This document shows, piece after piece, positions 10,037-20,837 of a DNA stretch of 64,000 bases. Location: the NCBI GenBank assembly GCA_039028615.1, contig JBCCHT010000001.1, positions 320,001 to 384,000 of the forward strand, read 5' to 3'. Numbering within the stretch: the first letter of the stretch is position 1; each line of letters starts with the position of its first letter. Position numbers and translations under genes: made by a program. Source of the DNA: Myxococcota bacterium. GTDB taxonomy: Bacteria; Myxococcota_A; Polyangia; Nannocystales; Nannocystaceae. Under the pieces are notes generated by a model that was not told the origin of the DNA, searched no databases, and worked only from the letters and a program-made list of their open reading frames with translations.

Positions 10037-10707
10037 GCGTCGTCCTCCGACGCATCGGGGGCGGGCTTGCTCGGGGCCCGGGCTGCTCGCTGGGCGTCCT
10101 CGAGCAGGTCCACGATGCCCATCGCGTCCTCTTCCATGGCTACGATGAGCCGGTCGTTACGACCCTGCAGGAACTTGTAGGCGACCAACATGGGGATCGC
10201 CACGGTCAGGCCGGCCGCGGTGGTGATGAGGGCCTGCCAGATGCCCTGCGCGAACGCATCGGGCCGGACCGCGGGATACGACGCCACGAAGCCCTGGAAC
10301 ACCTGGATCATGCCGATGACCGTGCCGAGCAGCCCGATGAGCGGGCTGGCCGAGGCCACGGTGCCGACGATCTCCACGTTGCGATCGAGCTGAGCGACCT
10401 CGCGGTTGCCCACCTCCTCGACCGACTCCTTGATCTCTGCGCGGGTCTTGTCCTGGGCGTAGGCCCGCAGGGCAGCCGCCATGAGCAGGGCCACGCTGCT
10501 GCCGTTTTCCTCGCACAGAAGCTGCGACTCGGAGGTCTTGCCCTTCGAGACCATGGCGCGGATGCGATCGACGAACGCCCGCGGCAGCACCCGGGGCCGC
10601 TGCAGCGACCACAGCCGCTCCAGGAACACCGCCACGCCCACCACCGACACGCCGAGAATGACCCACATGAGCGGGCCGCCTTGCTCGAAGAGTTCCGATA
10701 GTTCCAT
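10033..10707 (-). CDS. exbB: MotA/TolQ/ExbB proton channel protein
   Basis: GGPLMW, SPLIGLLGTVIGMI and GIWQALITTAAGLTVAIP; overlaps the exbD start. Confidence 0.93.
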   Translation of the reverse strand: MELSELFEQGGPLMWVILGVSVVGVAVFLERLWSLQRPRVLPRAFVDRIRAMVSKGKTSESQLLCEENGSSVALLMAAALRAYAQDKTRAEIKESVEEVGNREVAQLDRNVEIVGTVASASPLIGLLGTVIGMIQVFQGFVASYPAVRPDAFAQGIWQALITTAAGLTVAIPMLVAYKFLQGRNDRLIVAMEEDAMGIVDLLEDAQRAARAPSKPAPDASEDDA

Positions 10708-10875
10708 GGTGTGCTCGGGCCGTACGTCGCAGACGATGGCCGCCGAGGGCCCAGCTACGACGACGGGAATGATGACTGGGGCGCTCCCGCGCGGCAAGGT
10801 CGCAGGGCCAGACCCCCGCCCCCGGCCTCGAATCCCGCCCGTGAAAACAACCTCGAAATTCCCGACGACATGGGG

Positions 10876-10904
10876 TTGACGAGGTGCCGGGGCCCTGATA
10901 ATCC
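10876..10904 (+). promoter_or_regulatory. Candidate sigma70-type promoter of tRNA-Ala
   Basis: TTGACG at 10876 and GATAAT at 10897 (15-bp spacer, short), ~45 nt before the tRNA. Confidence 0.5.
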
Positions 10905-10948
10905 TCCGCGCCCATCGAGCAGCACAACAGCTGTTACGGGGACTCCCT

Positions 10949-11024
10949 GGGGGAATAGCTCAGCTGGGAGAGCGTCGCGCTGGCAGCGCGAAGGTCAGGG
11001 GTTCGATCCCCCTTTCCTCCACCA
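10949..11024 (+). tRNA. tRNA-Ala (GGC)
   Basis: 76-nt cloverleaf: acceptor GGGGGAA/TTCCTCC with G3:U70, anticodon stem TCGCG/CGCGA around CTGGCAG, TTCGATC T-loop, encoded CCA. Confidence 0.98.
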
Positions 11025-11026
11025 AG

Positions 11027-11062
11027 AAGACGGCTTCGCGGGTCACTGCGGAGCCGTTTTTC
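11027..11062 (+). terminator. Intrinsic terminator after tRNA-Ala
   Basis: ACGGCTTCGCG-GGTCAC-TGCGGAGCCGT followed by a T run. Confidence 0.8.
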
Positions 11063-11237
11063 GTTGGTTCGCCCGGGTTTGCGCGGCCGCTCGAGGCGAC
11101 CGCCACGCCAGGCGCCGGAAGAGATCTGAGGGCTGCCCCCGCCGGCCCGAGGTCCCGCCGTGCCTGGGGGCTCACACGACAAACGCGAACGCGGACCGTG
11201 GTGACGGTCCGCGTTCGTGGGTGGTGGCGGCTTGCCG

Positions 11238-12182
11238 CTACGCGCCGACGCAGATGCCGACGTCCTCCAATCCCGGAGGAGCCGCTTCGGGCTCGAACCA
11301 GGCCTGGCACCCGGTACCGGCCGGACACTGCGACGCGGGGCCGCCGAGCTCGCAGAACGGGGTGCAGCACCCCGCACCGCCGCAACCGGGAATGGCGGCG
11401 CCGTTGATGCACGCCAACCCGGGAGCGCACGCATTGATGAACTCGCACGGGTCGAAGACGCCGCCGCCCTCGCCCGAAGCATCGAGCGCACAGATGAACG
11501 AGTCGTCGACGGGGTAGCAGGCCTCGTTCTCCGGGCAGTCTTGGAGCAGCGGATCGCAGACCGGGATGCAGACGGACAAGACGCCCTCGTTCTGGAAGCT
11601 GCAGGTGTCGTCGGGGCTCTCGCACAGCGGGTCACAGCCGCACAGCGGGATGCAGCGGCCATTGAGCGTCTGCGGGTCGACGTTCCAGCACATCGCCCCC
11701 TCGACGCAGTTGTCGATGCCGGATGCGACGGAGCCTTCGACGATGCACGGCTCACCGATGTCGGAGGGTGAGTCGGCGATGGGCGTGCAGTGGGTGCTGT
11801 TCCAGGCGCCTCCGCCGTCGTCCGCATAGGGCGTGCACTTTTCTCCCGCGGGGCAGTCCTGCGCGAAGGTATTGCACTCGCCACCGCTCATCATCTCGCA
11901 GGTGGGCACCTCGCCGGTCGAGGGGTCGTCGCCCATGGTCGACTCGCCATCGAGCGACGTGGTCGCGGTGGTCGTTGCCGTGGTGGTGGCCGGAGGCGTC
12001 GCGGTGGTGGTCGCCGTCGTGGTGTTGCCCGGGCCGTTGGAGGTCATGACGGGGTCGTCCGTCGCGGCCGCCGTGTCGCCCGACTCGTCCTCGGCGGGAA
12101 GCGGATCGGGGTCGAAACAACCGGAGGCGGGGAGCAGCACCATGGCCGCAACGGCCGAAAACAGAAGGGGGCGTAGATTCAT
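11238..12182 (-). CDS. Cys-rich myxobacterial lipoprotein
   Basis: Lipobox ASGC, Thr-rich linker, repeated Cys modules (QDCPAGEKCTPYA, CDPLLQDCP, GCCTPFC). Confidence 0.85.
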   Translation of the reverse strand: MNLRPLLFSAVAAMVLLPASGCFDPDPLPAEDESGDTAAATDDPVMTSNGPGNTTTATTTATPPATTTATTTATTSLDGESTMGDDPSTGEVPTCEMMSGGECNTFAQDCPAGEKCTPYADDGGGAWNSTHCTPIADSPSDIGEPCIVEGSVASGIDNCVEGAMCWNVDPQTLNGRCIPLCGCDPLCESPDDTCSFQNEGVLSVCIPVCDPLLQDCPENEACYPVDDSFICALDASGEGGGVFDPCEFINACAPGLACINGAAIPGCGGAGCCTPFCELGGPASQCPAGTGCQAWFEPEAAPPGLEDVGICVGA

Positions 12183-12288
12183 TGGCAGCGTCCAGACGTT
12201 AAGTCGTTTCAGAGTGTGCCACGGTTCTCGATTATTGAGGGAATGTCGGGGATTGCCTCGCATCCCCCATGCCCGCAAGATCTTCGAC

Positions 12289-13035
12289 GTGCGCGTTTTT
12301 GCCGTTGCGACTTTGTTCCTGCTCAGTGCCGCATGTTTTACCGATGCCCCGACAGAACCGACGACGGCGGGTGGAGGCAGCACGAGCGAAGAAGACCCCG
12401 CGACGACGACGGGCGACGGCGCCACGAGCATGCTGCCTGGGGGCGATTCCACGGGCGAAGCGTGCCCCGGCCAAGTCGACGAATGCGGGGTCTGTGACGG
12501 CCCGGGAGGCCCCTGCCTGGGCTGCACGGTGCCGCAGGCGAGCAACTACGACCCTCTCGCCGAGGTCAACAACGGCACCTGCACCTGCGAACCCAACGGC
12601 AACCCCATCGCGGACCAAGCCCAGCTCGAGCGCAACGCGAGCGCGGGGGGCATGGACGAGTGGCAGTCGTTCACCACGGGGCTCGGGGGCGGCCTGGTCA
12701 CCATCGAGATCGAGATGTCCTCTCCGCTGGGCACCCGCCCCTCCCCGGCCACGCTGTCGCTGCACGAGGGCGAAAGCCCGGCCGGCACCACGCTGGGGAG
12801 CATGGACATCACCATCGAGCCGACCCAGCTCGCCACGATGCAGAGCTTCGAGTTCCCCGAGCCCCTCCCGGTCGCGGCGGGCGAGGTCTACACCTTCCAC
12901 CTCGTGATCCCGGACCAGACCATCGGCTACCTGAGCACCAACAACGCCGACCCCTATCCGGGCGGGCGACAGGGCGTCGACCCGGGCAACGACATGGTCT
13001 TTCGTACCCAAGTGGTCGGCTGCGTGCCAGACTAG
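12289..13035 (+). CDS. Lipoprotein with Cys-rich linker and beta-sandwich domain
   Basis: Lipobox SAAC, DECGVCDGPG, GCTVPQASNYDPLA and WQSFT...DPYPGG...DMVFRT. Confidence 0.8.
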   Translation: MRVFAVATLFLLSAACFTDAPTEPTTAGGGSTSEEDPATTTGDGATSMLPGGDSTGEACPGQVDECGVCDGPGGPCLGCTVPQASNYDPLAEVNNGTCTCEPNGNPIADQAQLERNASAGGMDEWQSFTTGLGGGLVTIEIEMSSPLGTRPSPATLSLHEGESPAGTTLGSMDITIEPTQLATMQSFEFPEPLPVAAGEVYTFHLVIPDQTIGYLSTNNADPYPGGRQGVDPGNDMVFRTQVVGCVPD

Positions 13036-13047
13036 GCGGGCACGCCC

Positions 13048-13428
13048 ATGGCCGCCCTCAGCAAAGCTCGGGTGATCGAGTACCTGACGGAGTGCAGTCC
13101 CGACGAGCTCGACGAGATCATGGAGCAGCTCGAGGAACGCCTGGGTCTGGAGCGACTGGCTCCGCCCGGCCTGGACTGGCCGGACAACATGGGCGAGCCG
13201 CTCGACATGGGCATGCCGGAGGGCTTCGAGGTCGTCATGCTCGCGCCCGGTGGGGCTCGCGTTCAGGTCATGAAGGCCCTACGCGCGTCGAACTCTCTGT
13301 CGCTCAAGGAGGCGAAGGCCCTGGTCGAGGCGTGCCCCACGGTGGTGCGCGATGGCCTGCGCCGCGAAGAGGCGGTGGAGCTGCAGGCCGCCCTGCAGGC
13401 CGTGGGGGCGGAGGTCCAGATCCGATGA
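13048..13428 (+). CDS. Ribosomal protein bL12 (L7/L12)-like paralogue
   Basis: C-terminal FEVVM...VQVMKALR...LSLKEAKALVEACPTVVRDGL..EEA..L...L..VGAEVQIR; no rplJ/rpoB context. Confidence 0.8.
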   Translation: MAALSKARVIEYLTECSPDELDEIMEQLEERLGLERLAPPGLDWPDNMGEPLDMGMPEGFEVVMLAPGGARVQVMKALRASNSLSLKEAKALVEACPTVVRDGLRREEAVELQAALQAVGAEVQIR

Positions 13429-13706
13429 AGCGCTCAGCCGCGCTGCAGCTGCGCTTTTCGTGCACCGAAGACTGGGCGACCTTCCAGGGCGGCCCAGACA
13501 AACGCCACTGCGAGCGCTGCTCCAAGCACGTCCACGACCTGACGATGCTGCGCAAGAGCGAGGCCGAGGCGCTGTTCCGAGATCCGCCTCCCGAAGGGCT
13601 GTGCGTGCGCTACCGTCACGACGGCGCGGGGCGGATCCTGTTTCGCTCCGATCGCTACCCGGGTCGCTTCGCTTGGAAACGATTCCGGCGCCCGTCGCCG
13701 ACCTAG
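13425..13706 (+). CDS. Small Cys/His protein (93 aa)
   Basis: ATGA overlap with the previous gene; CTEDW...RHCERCSKHVHDL...GLCVRY. Confidence 0.75.
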   Translation: MKRSAALQLRFSCTEDWATFQGGPDKRHCERCSKHVHDLTMLRKSEAEALFRDPPPEGLCVRYRHDGAGRILFRSDRYPGRFAWKRFRRPSPT

Positions 13707-14344
13707 CGTCGGGTCACCGCGGCCACCATGCCGGGTCGGCGCCACAGCGCCGCGACGCCGCCCGAGAGCGCGACGATGAGCACCGAGACGTGGCCCGACC
13801 ACAAGTGCACGGGATGGGTGAGCGGACAGTGCAGGTGCAGGCCGACCATGGCCACCAGGGTCCCCGCAGCCAACAGCGCGAGGAACGACAGCGGCGAGCG
13901 ACCGCTGACGGTCAGCCAGCGCAGCAGGCCCACCACCACCAGGGTCATCGCGCCGCCCACGGTGAAGCACGCCAGCGCACGGGGCACGAAGTCGACGCCC
14001 ATGCCCAGCGTGGACTCGGGGTGTAGCGTGTGAGCGGAGGGCAAGAGCGCCACTCCCACCGCTCCGATCACGGTGAACACGAGCGCGGCGGGCAGGCTGC
14101 GTCGCCACCGAGACCCGCGGGCTCCCGGGCGCAGCGCGAGGTCGAGGGTGAGCACGGCCGGCAGGGCCAGCAACGCGAGGTCGAGCACGAGCCGCCAGGT
14201 GGGAAAGACGCTCAGATCGGCGCGCGGCCGCACGACGACGATGGCGACCTCGAGCGCAGTCGCGATCAGTAAGCCCAGGACCAATCGCACCGCGGCCGGA
14301 GCGCCCGCCACGACGACTCGAACATCATTGAGACGACGCATCAT
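13703..14344 (-). CDS. NrsF/DUF1109-like membrane anti-sigma protein
   Basis: Multiple TM helices with ACF..G and LHLHCP...HLWSGH. Confidence 0.65.
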   Translation of the reverse strand: MMRRLNDVRVVVAGAPAAVRLVLGLLIATALEVAIVVVRPRADLSVFPTWRLVLDLALLALPAVLTLDLALRPGARGSRWRRSLPAALVFTVIGAVGVALLPSAHTLHPESTLGMGVDFVPRALACFTVGGAMTLVVVGLLRWLTVSGRSPLSFLALLAAGTLVAMVGLHLHCPLTHPVHLWSGHVSVLIVALSGGVAALWRRPGMVAAVTRR

Positions 14345-17168
14345 CCGACCGTGAGCCGTATTCCGCGGGTGGCCCTTCGGTTACCGGATGCCGTCGATCG
14401 TCGAGCCACTGCCTCAGCTCGCGGCGCACCTGCTCGGCGTCGGAGTAATGAGCGATGCGCTCGAGGGTTCGCTCGGCGACGTCGCGGGCTTCGTCGGGAT
14501 GCCCGGCGCCCCATAGCGCTCGGGCGAGCAGGCCGCCGGTCTCGCCCACGGCCGGGCTGCCTTGGTAGCGCTGCCGTCGAATCTCCAGCGCCCGGGACAG
14601 CGACTCGATGGCCTCCTCGGGCTGCCCGAGCTCGAGCAAGGTTCGACCGCGGCCTTCGAGTCCTCGCGCCATGCGGGGATGCTCGGGACCCCCTGCCGCT
14701 TCGATGACCTCGAGACCGTGGTCGTAGGCCGCCAATGCGGCGGCGGGTCGACCCTGCGCCAGCTGCAGGTCACCCCGGAACACGGACACCGTGCCCAAGT
14801 CGACGCTGTGCTCGTCGTAGAGCCCTCGCAAGATGGCCTCGGCCGCGTCGAGCTTCTGCTCCGCCGCGCGGTACCGCCCTTGCCGGGTGTCGATGGCCGA
14901 CAAGTACACCTGCGGCATCGCGACCGCGGGGTGATGCTCGCCCCGCGCGGCGCGAGCCACCTCGAGGGCGCGGGAGAACAGCCGCGTCGCCTCGTCCGGC
15001 TGGTCCCGTTGCCACGCGATGATGCCGAGGTTGTGGAGCGGCGTGCCGAGCTGCGGGTGCTCCGGCCCCAACGACGCGCTGATCCGATCCACCGACTCGC
15101 TCCACAGGGCCACCGCTCGATCGCGCTGCCCGAGATAGAAGTGCGCCGCCGCCAAGTGGGTGAGGTCCTCGGCGATCTTCGGATGCGCGTCGCCGTAGAC
15201 GGCACGATCGTGGTCCAGGATTCGTTCGTCGAGCACCAGCGCGTCGGCGAATCGGCCCTGGCGGAAGGCGATCGCGGCCTCGAGCCCCTGCGGCGCCATG
15301 CGGAGCGGATCGTGCTCGGGGAGCGCGTCGGCAAAGGGCCGGGCCACGCGAGCCCAGATGAGCCCCTCGGCGTAGCGCTGGCGGTGATACCCGACCAGGT
15401 TGCCGAGCCCGGTCGCGGCAGCGACCGCAACGGAGGCGCGCTCGGTGGCCACCGCCAGATCGAAGGCTTCCTCGAAGGTCCGCATGGCGTCGTCGAGCTG
15501 CCCCTGCCCCTCCTGGGCCTTGGCCACGGTGACGCGCACCTCGGCGTGCACGGGCCCGACCGGCAGTTCCTCGAGCTCGGCCTGCAGCGCGACCAAGGGC
15601 TCGTAGGCGTCGCGATAGCGTCCCGCCGCGACCCGGGTTCGCAGCCTCGCCAAGCGCAGGCCGTGCGCGAGGGCAGCCTCCCCCATCGCGGCTTCGCCAT
15701 GGCCGTGCTCGCACTCGACCAGCCGGGGCAGCGCCTGCACGATTTGGGGCGCGGACTCCACCACCGAGGCCAGGGGCTCGTCCCCCGGGTCGGCCAACAG
15801 CGTCACCACCTCCTCGAACGACGCGAGCGTGCGCTCGAAGCACGCCGCTCGCTCCGCCCGCTCGCGCTCGCCGACCGCGGCCTCGACCCGCGCCGCCACG
15901 CACAGCTCGAGACGCGCCGACCTCCACGCCTCGGCATATTCATCGAGCGACGTCAGCGTGCGCTCGACCTGCTGCCGCGCGTAGGGCAGCGCCGCCTGCT
16001 CGTGCGCCTGCCGAACCTCGTCGCGGCGCGCGGCCGTCCAGGCCTCGCCGACCACGTCCCCCACCCCATCGCAGACCTCGGCGTCCTCGGTCAGCAGCAA
16101 CGGGACCAACAGCGCCGCGAAAACGATGGGCGTGGCCAGCAACATCACCACCCGGTCCGGCCATCGCTGCTCGCGCTCGAGCGCCTCGAGCAGGCTGTGC
16201 ATGTCGGGCCAGCGCTGCTCGGGCTCCGTCTCGAGTCCCCGGTCGAGCACGCGTCGCAGGCCCACTGGGACCCGAACCCCGCGGGGCGGCGGGCGTCGCT
16301 GGCCCTTCGAGATGCTCCACACCAGCTCGAACGCGCTCACGCCAGCAAAGGGCCGCTGCCCGAACAGGGCCTCCCACAGGGCCACGCAGTAGCTGAACAC
16401 GTCGCTGCGCGCGTCGATCTTGGCGCCCAGGATCTGCTCGGGAGCCATGTACGCGGGGGTCCCCACCAGCTGGCCGATGGCCCGCGCCGTCGTATGCGGT
16501 CGCACCACTCGCCCCGACTTCGTCGCCTCCGTCTCTTCGGTCTTGGCGAGGCCGAAGTCGAGCACCCGCGCATGGCCACCGTCATCGACCATCACGTTGT
16601 CCGGCTTGAAGTCGCGGTGGATGACCCCCGCCTCGTGGGCGGCCTGCAGCCCCCGCCCGGCCTCGATGAAGATACGCAGGATCTCGCGGTTCGATCGGGT
16701 GGTGGAGCGCAGCCAGGTGGTCAGGGTCTGGCCCGCGACCAGCTCCATCGCCACGAAGACCTGTCCCTCGTGGACCCCGACGTCGAACACGTGCACGACA
16801 TGGGGATGAGACACCCGGGCCAGGGCTCGGGCCTCGCGTTGCAGTCGACGTCGTCGCGCGTCGTCTCGCTCGCCGCGGCGCACGAGCTTGACCGCGACGT
16901 CGCGCTCGAGTTCCGCGTCGTAGGCTCGAAAGACGTCCCCCATCGCCCCCGAGCCCAAGCGCTCGTGGACCTCGAGGCGCCCGATGGTCGCCGGGGCCTG
17001 ACAGGGCTCGGTGACCGGCTCGCCCATCGCGATCTGGGGCAGCGTGGTCTCAGGCCCCGCCCGATCCACGGACGTGAAGGTCTGCATCTCGCTGGGCACC
17101 GCGGGCAGTCGCGACGGCACCGGTGCCTCCCCGTCGAACAACGTGTCGAGTTCGTGATCGACGCTCAA
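14325..17168 (-). CDS. Ser/Thr protein kinase with TM segment and TPR repeats
   Basis: [35 protein letters not shown] and LGPEHP-type TPRs; TTG start with AGGAG upstream. Confidence 0.93.
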   Translation of the reverse strand: MSVDHELDTLFDGEAPVPSRLPAVPSEMQTFTSVDRAGPETTLPQIAMGEPVTEPCQAPATIGRLEVHERLGSGAMGDVFRAYDAELERDVAVKLVRRGERDDARRRRLQREARALARVSHPHVVHVFDVGVHEGQVFVAMELVAGQTLTTWLRSTTRSNREILRIFIEAGRGLQAAHEAGVIHRDFKPDNVMVDDGGHARVLDFGLAKTEETEATKSGRVVRPHTTARAIGQLVGTPAYMAPEQILGAKIDARSDVFSYCVALWEALFGQRPFAGVSAFELVWSISKGQRRPPPRGVRVPVGLRRVLDRGLETEPEQRWPDMHSLLEALEREQRWPDRVVMLLATPIVFAALLVPLLLTEDAEVCDGVGDVVGEAWTAARRDEVRQAHEQAALPYARQQVERTLTSLDEYAEAWRSARLELCVAARVEAAVGERERAERAACFERTLASFEEVVTLLADPGDEPLASVVESAPQIVQALPRLVECEHGHGEAAMGEAALAHGLRLARLRTRVAAGRYRDAYEPLVALQAELEELPVGPVHAEVRVTVAKAQEGQGQLDDAMRTFEEAFDLAVATERASVAVAAATGLGNLVGYHRQRYAEGLIWARVARPFADALPEHDPLRMAPQGLEAAIAFRQGRFADALVLDERILDHDRAVYGDAHPKIAEDLTHLAAAHFYLGQRDRAVALWSESVDRISASLGPEHPQLGTPLHNLGIIAWQRDQPDEATRLFSRALEVARAARGEHHPAVAMPQVYLSAIDTRQGRYRAAEQKLDAAEAILRGLYDEHSVDLGTVSVFRGDLQLAQGRPAAALAAYDHGLEVIEAAGGPEHPRMARGLEGRGRTLLELGQPEEAIESLSRALEIRRQRYQGSPAVGETGGLLARALWGAGHPDEARDVAERTLERIAHYSDAEQVRRELRQWLDDRRHPVTEGPPAEYGSRSDDASSQ

Positions 17169-17290
17169 GCCTCGACGCTCCTGAAACGGTATCCGTCTCG
17201 AACGAGCGGAGTTACGGGTGCAACGTTGTAAGGGAAAGATTCGTGGTCGCTCCCAGTACATGCACGTACATCTGATAGCCTGAAGCCACG

Positions 17291-17956
17291 GTGAGTTCGG
17301 ACGCACGACCCGACGACGACACCGAACCGGACGTCTCGGGCGCCTCGCCGTCCCTCGACCGAGGCGCGATTCCGCAACAGCCCCTCGGGCGATCGAGCAA
17401 GGCGATGATCCGCACCGCGCTCTTCGCCAATGCGAGCCGGGCTCGCGTTGGGCGCTTCGAGCTCCGCGGCAAGCTCGGCCAGGGCGGCATGGCCTCCGTG
17501 CTGCGAGCCTTCGACGAGACCCTCAATCGGGACGTCGCGGTGAAGCTGCTGCACCGCGACCTGAGCCGCGAACACAACAAACGCTTGCTTCGAGAGGCCC
17601 AGGCGCTCGCTCGCTTGTCGCATCCAAACGTAGTGCAGGTCGGCGAGAGCGACGGCGAGACCTTCATCGCCATGGAGTTGGTCCGCGGCAACCGTAGCGC
17701 CGCGACGGGCCACGCCGAGCGAGCCGTCGCGAGCGACGAAGGACACCAAGGACCGCCACATGCCGTGGCGGATGCCCGTTTCGTGCTCGCCCGCGCGCTG
17801 GGATCGGAACCGAAGCATGCGGAGCGAGCTCGAACGCTGGCCGCCCGAGTGCTCGAAGACCTGTCCAACGCCGGTCCCTCGGGAACCGGTCGCATCGGGC
17901 GGATCGAAGCGTGGCTCGCCTCGCAGGGGGTCCACACCACCACGGGTCCAGGGTAG
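17291..17956 (+). pseudogene. Internally deleted Ser/Thr kinase-TPR gene
   Basis: Kinase N-lobe ([37 protein letters not shown]) joins near 17689 directly to a C-terminal tail (ARFVLARAL...IEAWL); HRD, DFG and APE motifs are absent. Confidence 0.75.
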
Positions 17957-17967
17957 GCTGCGGGGCA

Positions 17968-18585
17968 GTGAAAACGGACGCAGAGCTGCTGTACGCCTGG
18001 CGCGACGGAGACGAGGTCGCGGGGGAACAGCTCTTCGAACGCTACTTCGACGCCGTCGGTCGGTTCTTCTTCAACAAGGCCAGCGGGGATCCCGAAGACC
18101 TGGTGCAGGAGACCTTCGCCTCGTGCGTACGGGGTCGCGACAACGTCCGCGACTTTCGCTCGTACCTGTTCGGCGTCGCCTACAACGTGCTGCGCGCGTA
18201 TATCCGTCGCAAGCAACGGCCCGATTCCTCGCCCAACGCGGACGAGGTCTCGGCGTGTGACCTGGGGCCCGGCCCTTCGACGGTCATGCATCGCCGCGAG
18301 GAGCAGCGGCTGCTGCTCGAAGGGCTCCGGCGCATTCCCTTCAACTATCAGATCGTGCTCGAGCTCCACTACTGGGAAGAGATGACCACCGCTCAGATCG
18401 GCGAGGCGTTGGGCGTGCCCACCGGGACGATCCGCAGCCGGCTGAAGATCGGTCGTCAGAAGCTCGAGCAAGCGCTAACGCGCGTATCCGCGCCCGCGGA
18501 CGTGCTCGACAGCACCATGAGCGACCTCGACGGCTGGGCCCGGAAGCTGCGGCGCTCGGTCGAGGACTCTTCGCCCTCGACCTGA
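17968..18585 (+). CDS. ECF sigma-70 factor
   Basis: DAELLYAWRDGD, EDLVQETF, FRSYLFGVA and VLELHYWEEMT...GTIRSRL. Confidence 0.93.
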   Translation: MKTDAELLYAWRDGDEVAGEQLFERYFDAVGRFFFNKASGDPEDLVQETFASCVRGRDNVRDFRSYLFGVAYNVLRAYIRRKQRPDSSPNADEVSACDLGPGPSTVMHRREEQRLLLEGLRRIPFNYQIVLELHYWEEMTTAQIGEALGVPTGTIRSRLKIGRQKLEQALTRVSAPADVLDSTMSDLDGWARKLRRSVEDSSPST

Positions 18586-18594
18586 GCGAGCCCC

Positions 18595-20613
18595 TCACTC
18601 CGCCAGCAGGTCCTCGATCAACGCGTCCATCTCGGTGACGTTGAACGAGTTCTTCACCGCCCGCACCACGAGGTTCTTGTCGATCACGATGTCGCGGGGA
18701 TACGGGTAGCCCACGCCCTCGGGGAAGGCGAAGTCGTACAGCGTGCCTTCGTCGGCGACCACGGGGAAAGTGATGCCCGTCTGCTCGAGGAACGCGGCCA
18801 CCTGCTCCGGCGGATCGCCGGGGTGGATGCCGAACACGATCACGTCCTCGTCCTGATACTTCTGCCAGATGGAGGTCTCGATGTCTGGTAACTCCAGACC
18901 GCAGATGGGTCAGAAGAGGGCGAAGTAGGCAAGGACGACCACCTTGCCCCGCAGCCCTTGCAGCTGGGGAGAACCAGTGGGGTCGAGGAACGCGAATTCT
19001 TCGGTCAGCGTGTCGCCGACGTCGATGCCGCTGGTGTCACGGGCGACCAGCGGAAGGTTGGTCGGGTTCTGGCTCGCATCGGGATCGTTGTTGTGCAGCC
19101 GCAGCGTACTCGTGCCGCCATCGGGTGGAGGCGGCTCGTAGACGATCTCGAGGGCCCGAGCCGACCGCGGCGGCACCCTCAGCCAGGACTTGTCGGTGGA
19201 AAAGGGCGGCTCCAGCTCGATGTCGAGCACGTCGAGATCGAGATAACCCCGGTTGCGCACCGCGAGCACGCGATCGGAGGGCTCGTCTTCGGAGAAGCCG
19301 AGCAGCTCCTCGTCGACCCACAGGTCGGGCGCGACGTAGCCCGGCCGGTACTCGACGACGTGCATCTTGGTCCACTCCCCCACGTAGAGGAAGCCGTCTT
19401 GGATCTCGACCGCCACGTCCTGCTCGAAGGAGGGAGAGGAGCGCACGCGCTCGGTGGCCAGTAGCTGCAGGGTCTCGCGATCGTGCACCGCCACGTGGCT
19501 CCACGCCGCGATCGCGATGATCTCGTCGTCCATCGACACGGCCTGCGCCGTCCCGCGGGTCTCGATGTGGCCCACGCCCAGCGGCGCGCTCGGGATGGAC
19601 ACGTCGACCACCTCGACGCCGTCGCCCCCGAGGGCCAGCAGCGCGCGGTCACCATCGACGAAGACGTCGCGGACCATGCCCGGGATCTCGAAGTGCCCCA
19701 CGTGCTCGGGCTGCAGCGGATCGGCCAGCGACAGCACTCGGATGCCGCCCACGCCATCGGCCACGTACAGGTGGTCGCCGTGCACCGCCGGCTTGGTGGC
19801 GTTGTCGAAACCGTCGATGACCTTCTCGAGCGCAGGGATGCCCTGGGCATCGGTCGTGTACACGCGCAGGCCACCGCCGTGCGCAGCCACGTACAGGTTG
19901 CCTTCGTGGTAGACCACGCCCTCGAACAGCACCGTCGGGTCCTGCTCCATCTCCATGAGCGAGGAGCCCTCTTCGTTGACCCGGAAGGCGGCGAGGAACG
20001 GGGTATCGACCCAGGTGTCGCCGTGGTGGGTGAAGTAGATGACCTGCGCGTCCCCCTGATCGGGCCCGAACGCGGCGTGCTGGCACCGCGCCGTGGCCGC
20101 TGCGATCACGAAGGGATCGTCATGGTTGGTGATGTTCTCGATGGTGGCGCCGAAGCCTCCGCAGGTGACCGCCAGGTCGCCCTGCACCTCGATGTCGACG
20201 ATCTCGGCGCCGGAGCCTCGCGCCCGGTGCACCAACGAGTCCCCCTCGGCGCAGCAGGTGCCCTCGAGGATCGGCGTCGCGTCGGCGCAGCCCCGGCCCT
20301 GCCCGCAGGGCAGGCACTCGAGCCCGGGACAGGCGTCTCCGCCCGGTGGCCCGGGGGGCGGAGGGCCCTGGCCATCGCCATTGCCCCCCGCGTCCTCGGC
20401 CCCTCCGGTGTCGCCCGCCGAGCCCCCCTCGGTCGCGGCACCGGTGCCCGAGCCCCCGTCCCCCGTTTGCGCCCCTGGGCCCCCACCCAGATCGCTCACG
20501 GAGCGGCAACCGGACGCCCCAAGGACCACGCTCGCCAACACCAGGGGCCACGCGGCAGCCCCGACGAAGCTCGGGGACGACCCCGAGCCCAGCCCATGTT
20601 CGTCGCCAGTCAT
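18595..20613 (-). CDS. Probable selenoprotein: LVIVD-type repeat lipoprotein + Ig-like domain + C-terminal TlpA/AhpC-like domain (UxxC)
   Basis: ORFs 18910-20613 and 18595-18843 are in frame across TGA 18910-18912: LRGKVVVLAYFALF-U-PICGLELPDIETSIWQKYQDEDVIVFGI; SECIS-like hairpin follows. Confidence 0.85.
18883..18899 (-). promoter_or_regulatory. Bacterial SECIS-like hairpin
   Basis: GUCUGG-AGUUA-CCAGAC; apical loop starts 16 nt after the UGA, with GU at loop positions 2-3. Confidence 0.75.
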
Positions 20614-20837
20614 GCGGACACTCCGACGCTCCGTGCAGGGCGTCGTGTCGCAAACGATCGACGAGCCGCAATGTTACCGAGGTCGGAAAATGCGAAATTC
20701 GCGCCAGACCTGATTTCGGGCGCACGGCGGGCAGCAAAGCCCGCCCGTCCCCGGCCCATCGGTCGTAACATCGGTTTGTGCGGTCCGTTTGGCGAACACC
20801 TCGCCCGGCTTCTTCGGCCGCGCCAAGGCTCACGACC

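Noticed and set aside
10949..11024. tRNA-Ala as an integration site
   Set aside because: No integrase nearby and no duplicated tRNA 3' end noticed in the window.
14562..17231. Long antisense ORFs (also 4603-6678, 35147-37462, 47002-49242, 55323-57737)
   Set aside because: Typical high-GC shadows opposite well-supported genes; no motifs.
18595..18843. Separate 82-aa gene, or nonsense pseudogene
   Set aside because: Better explained as the C-terminus of a UGA-recoded selenoprotein.
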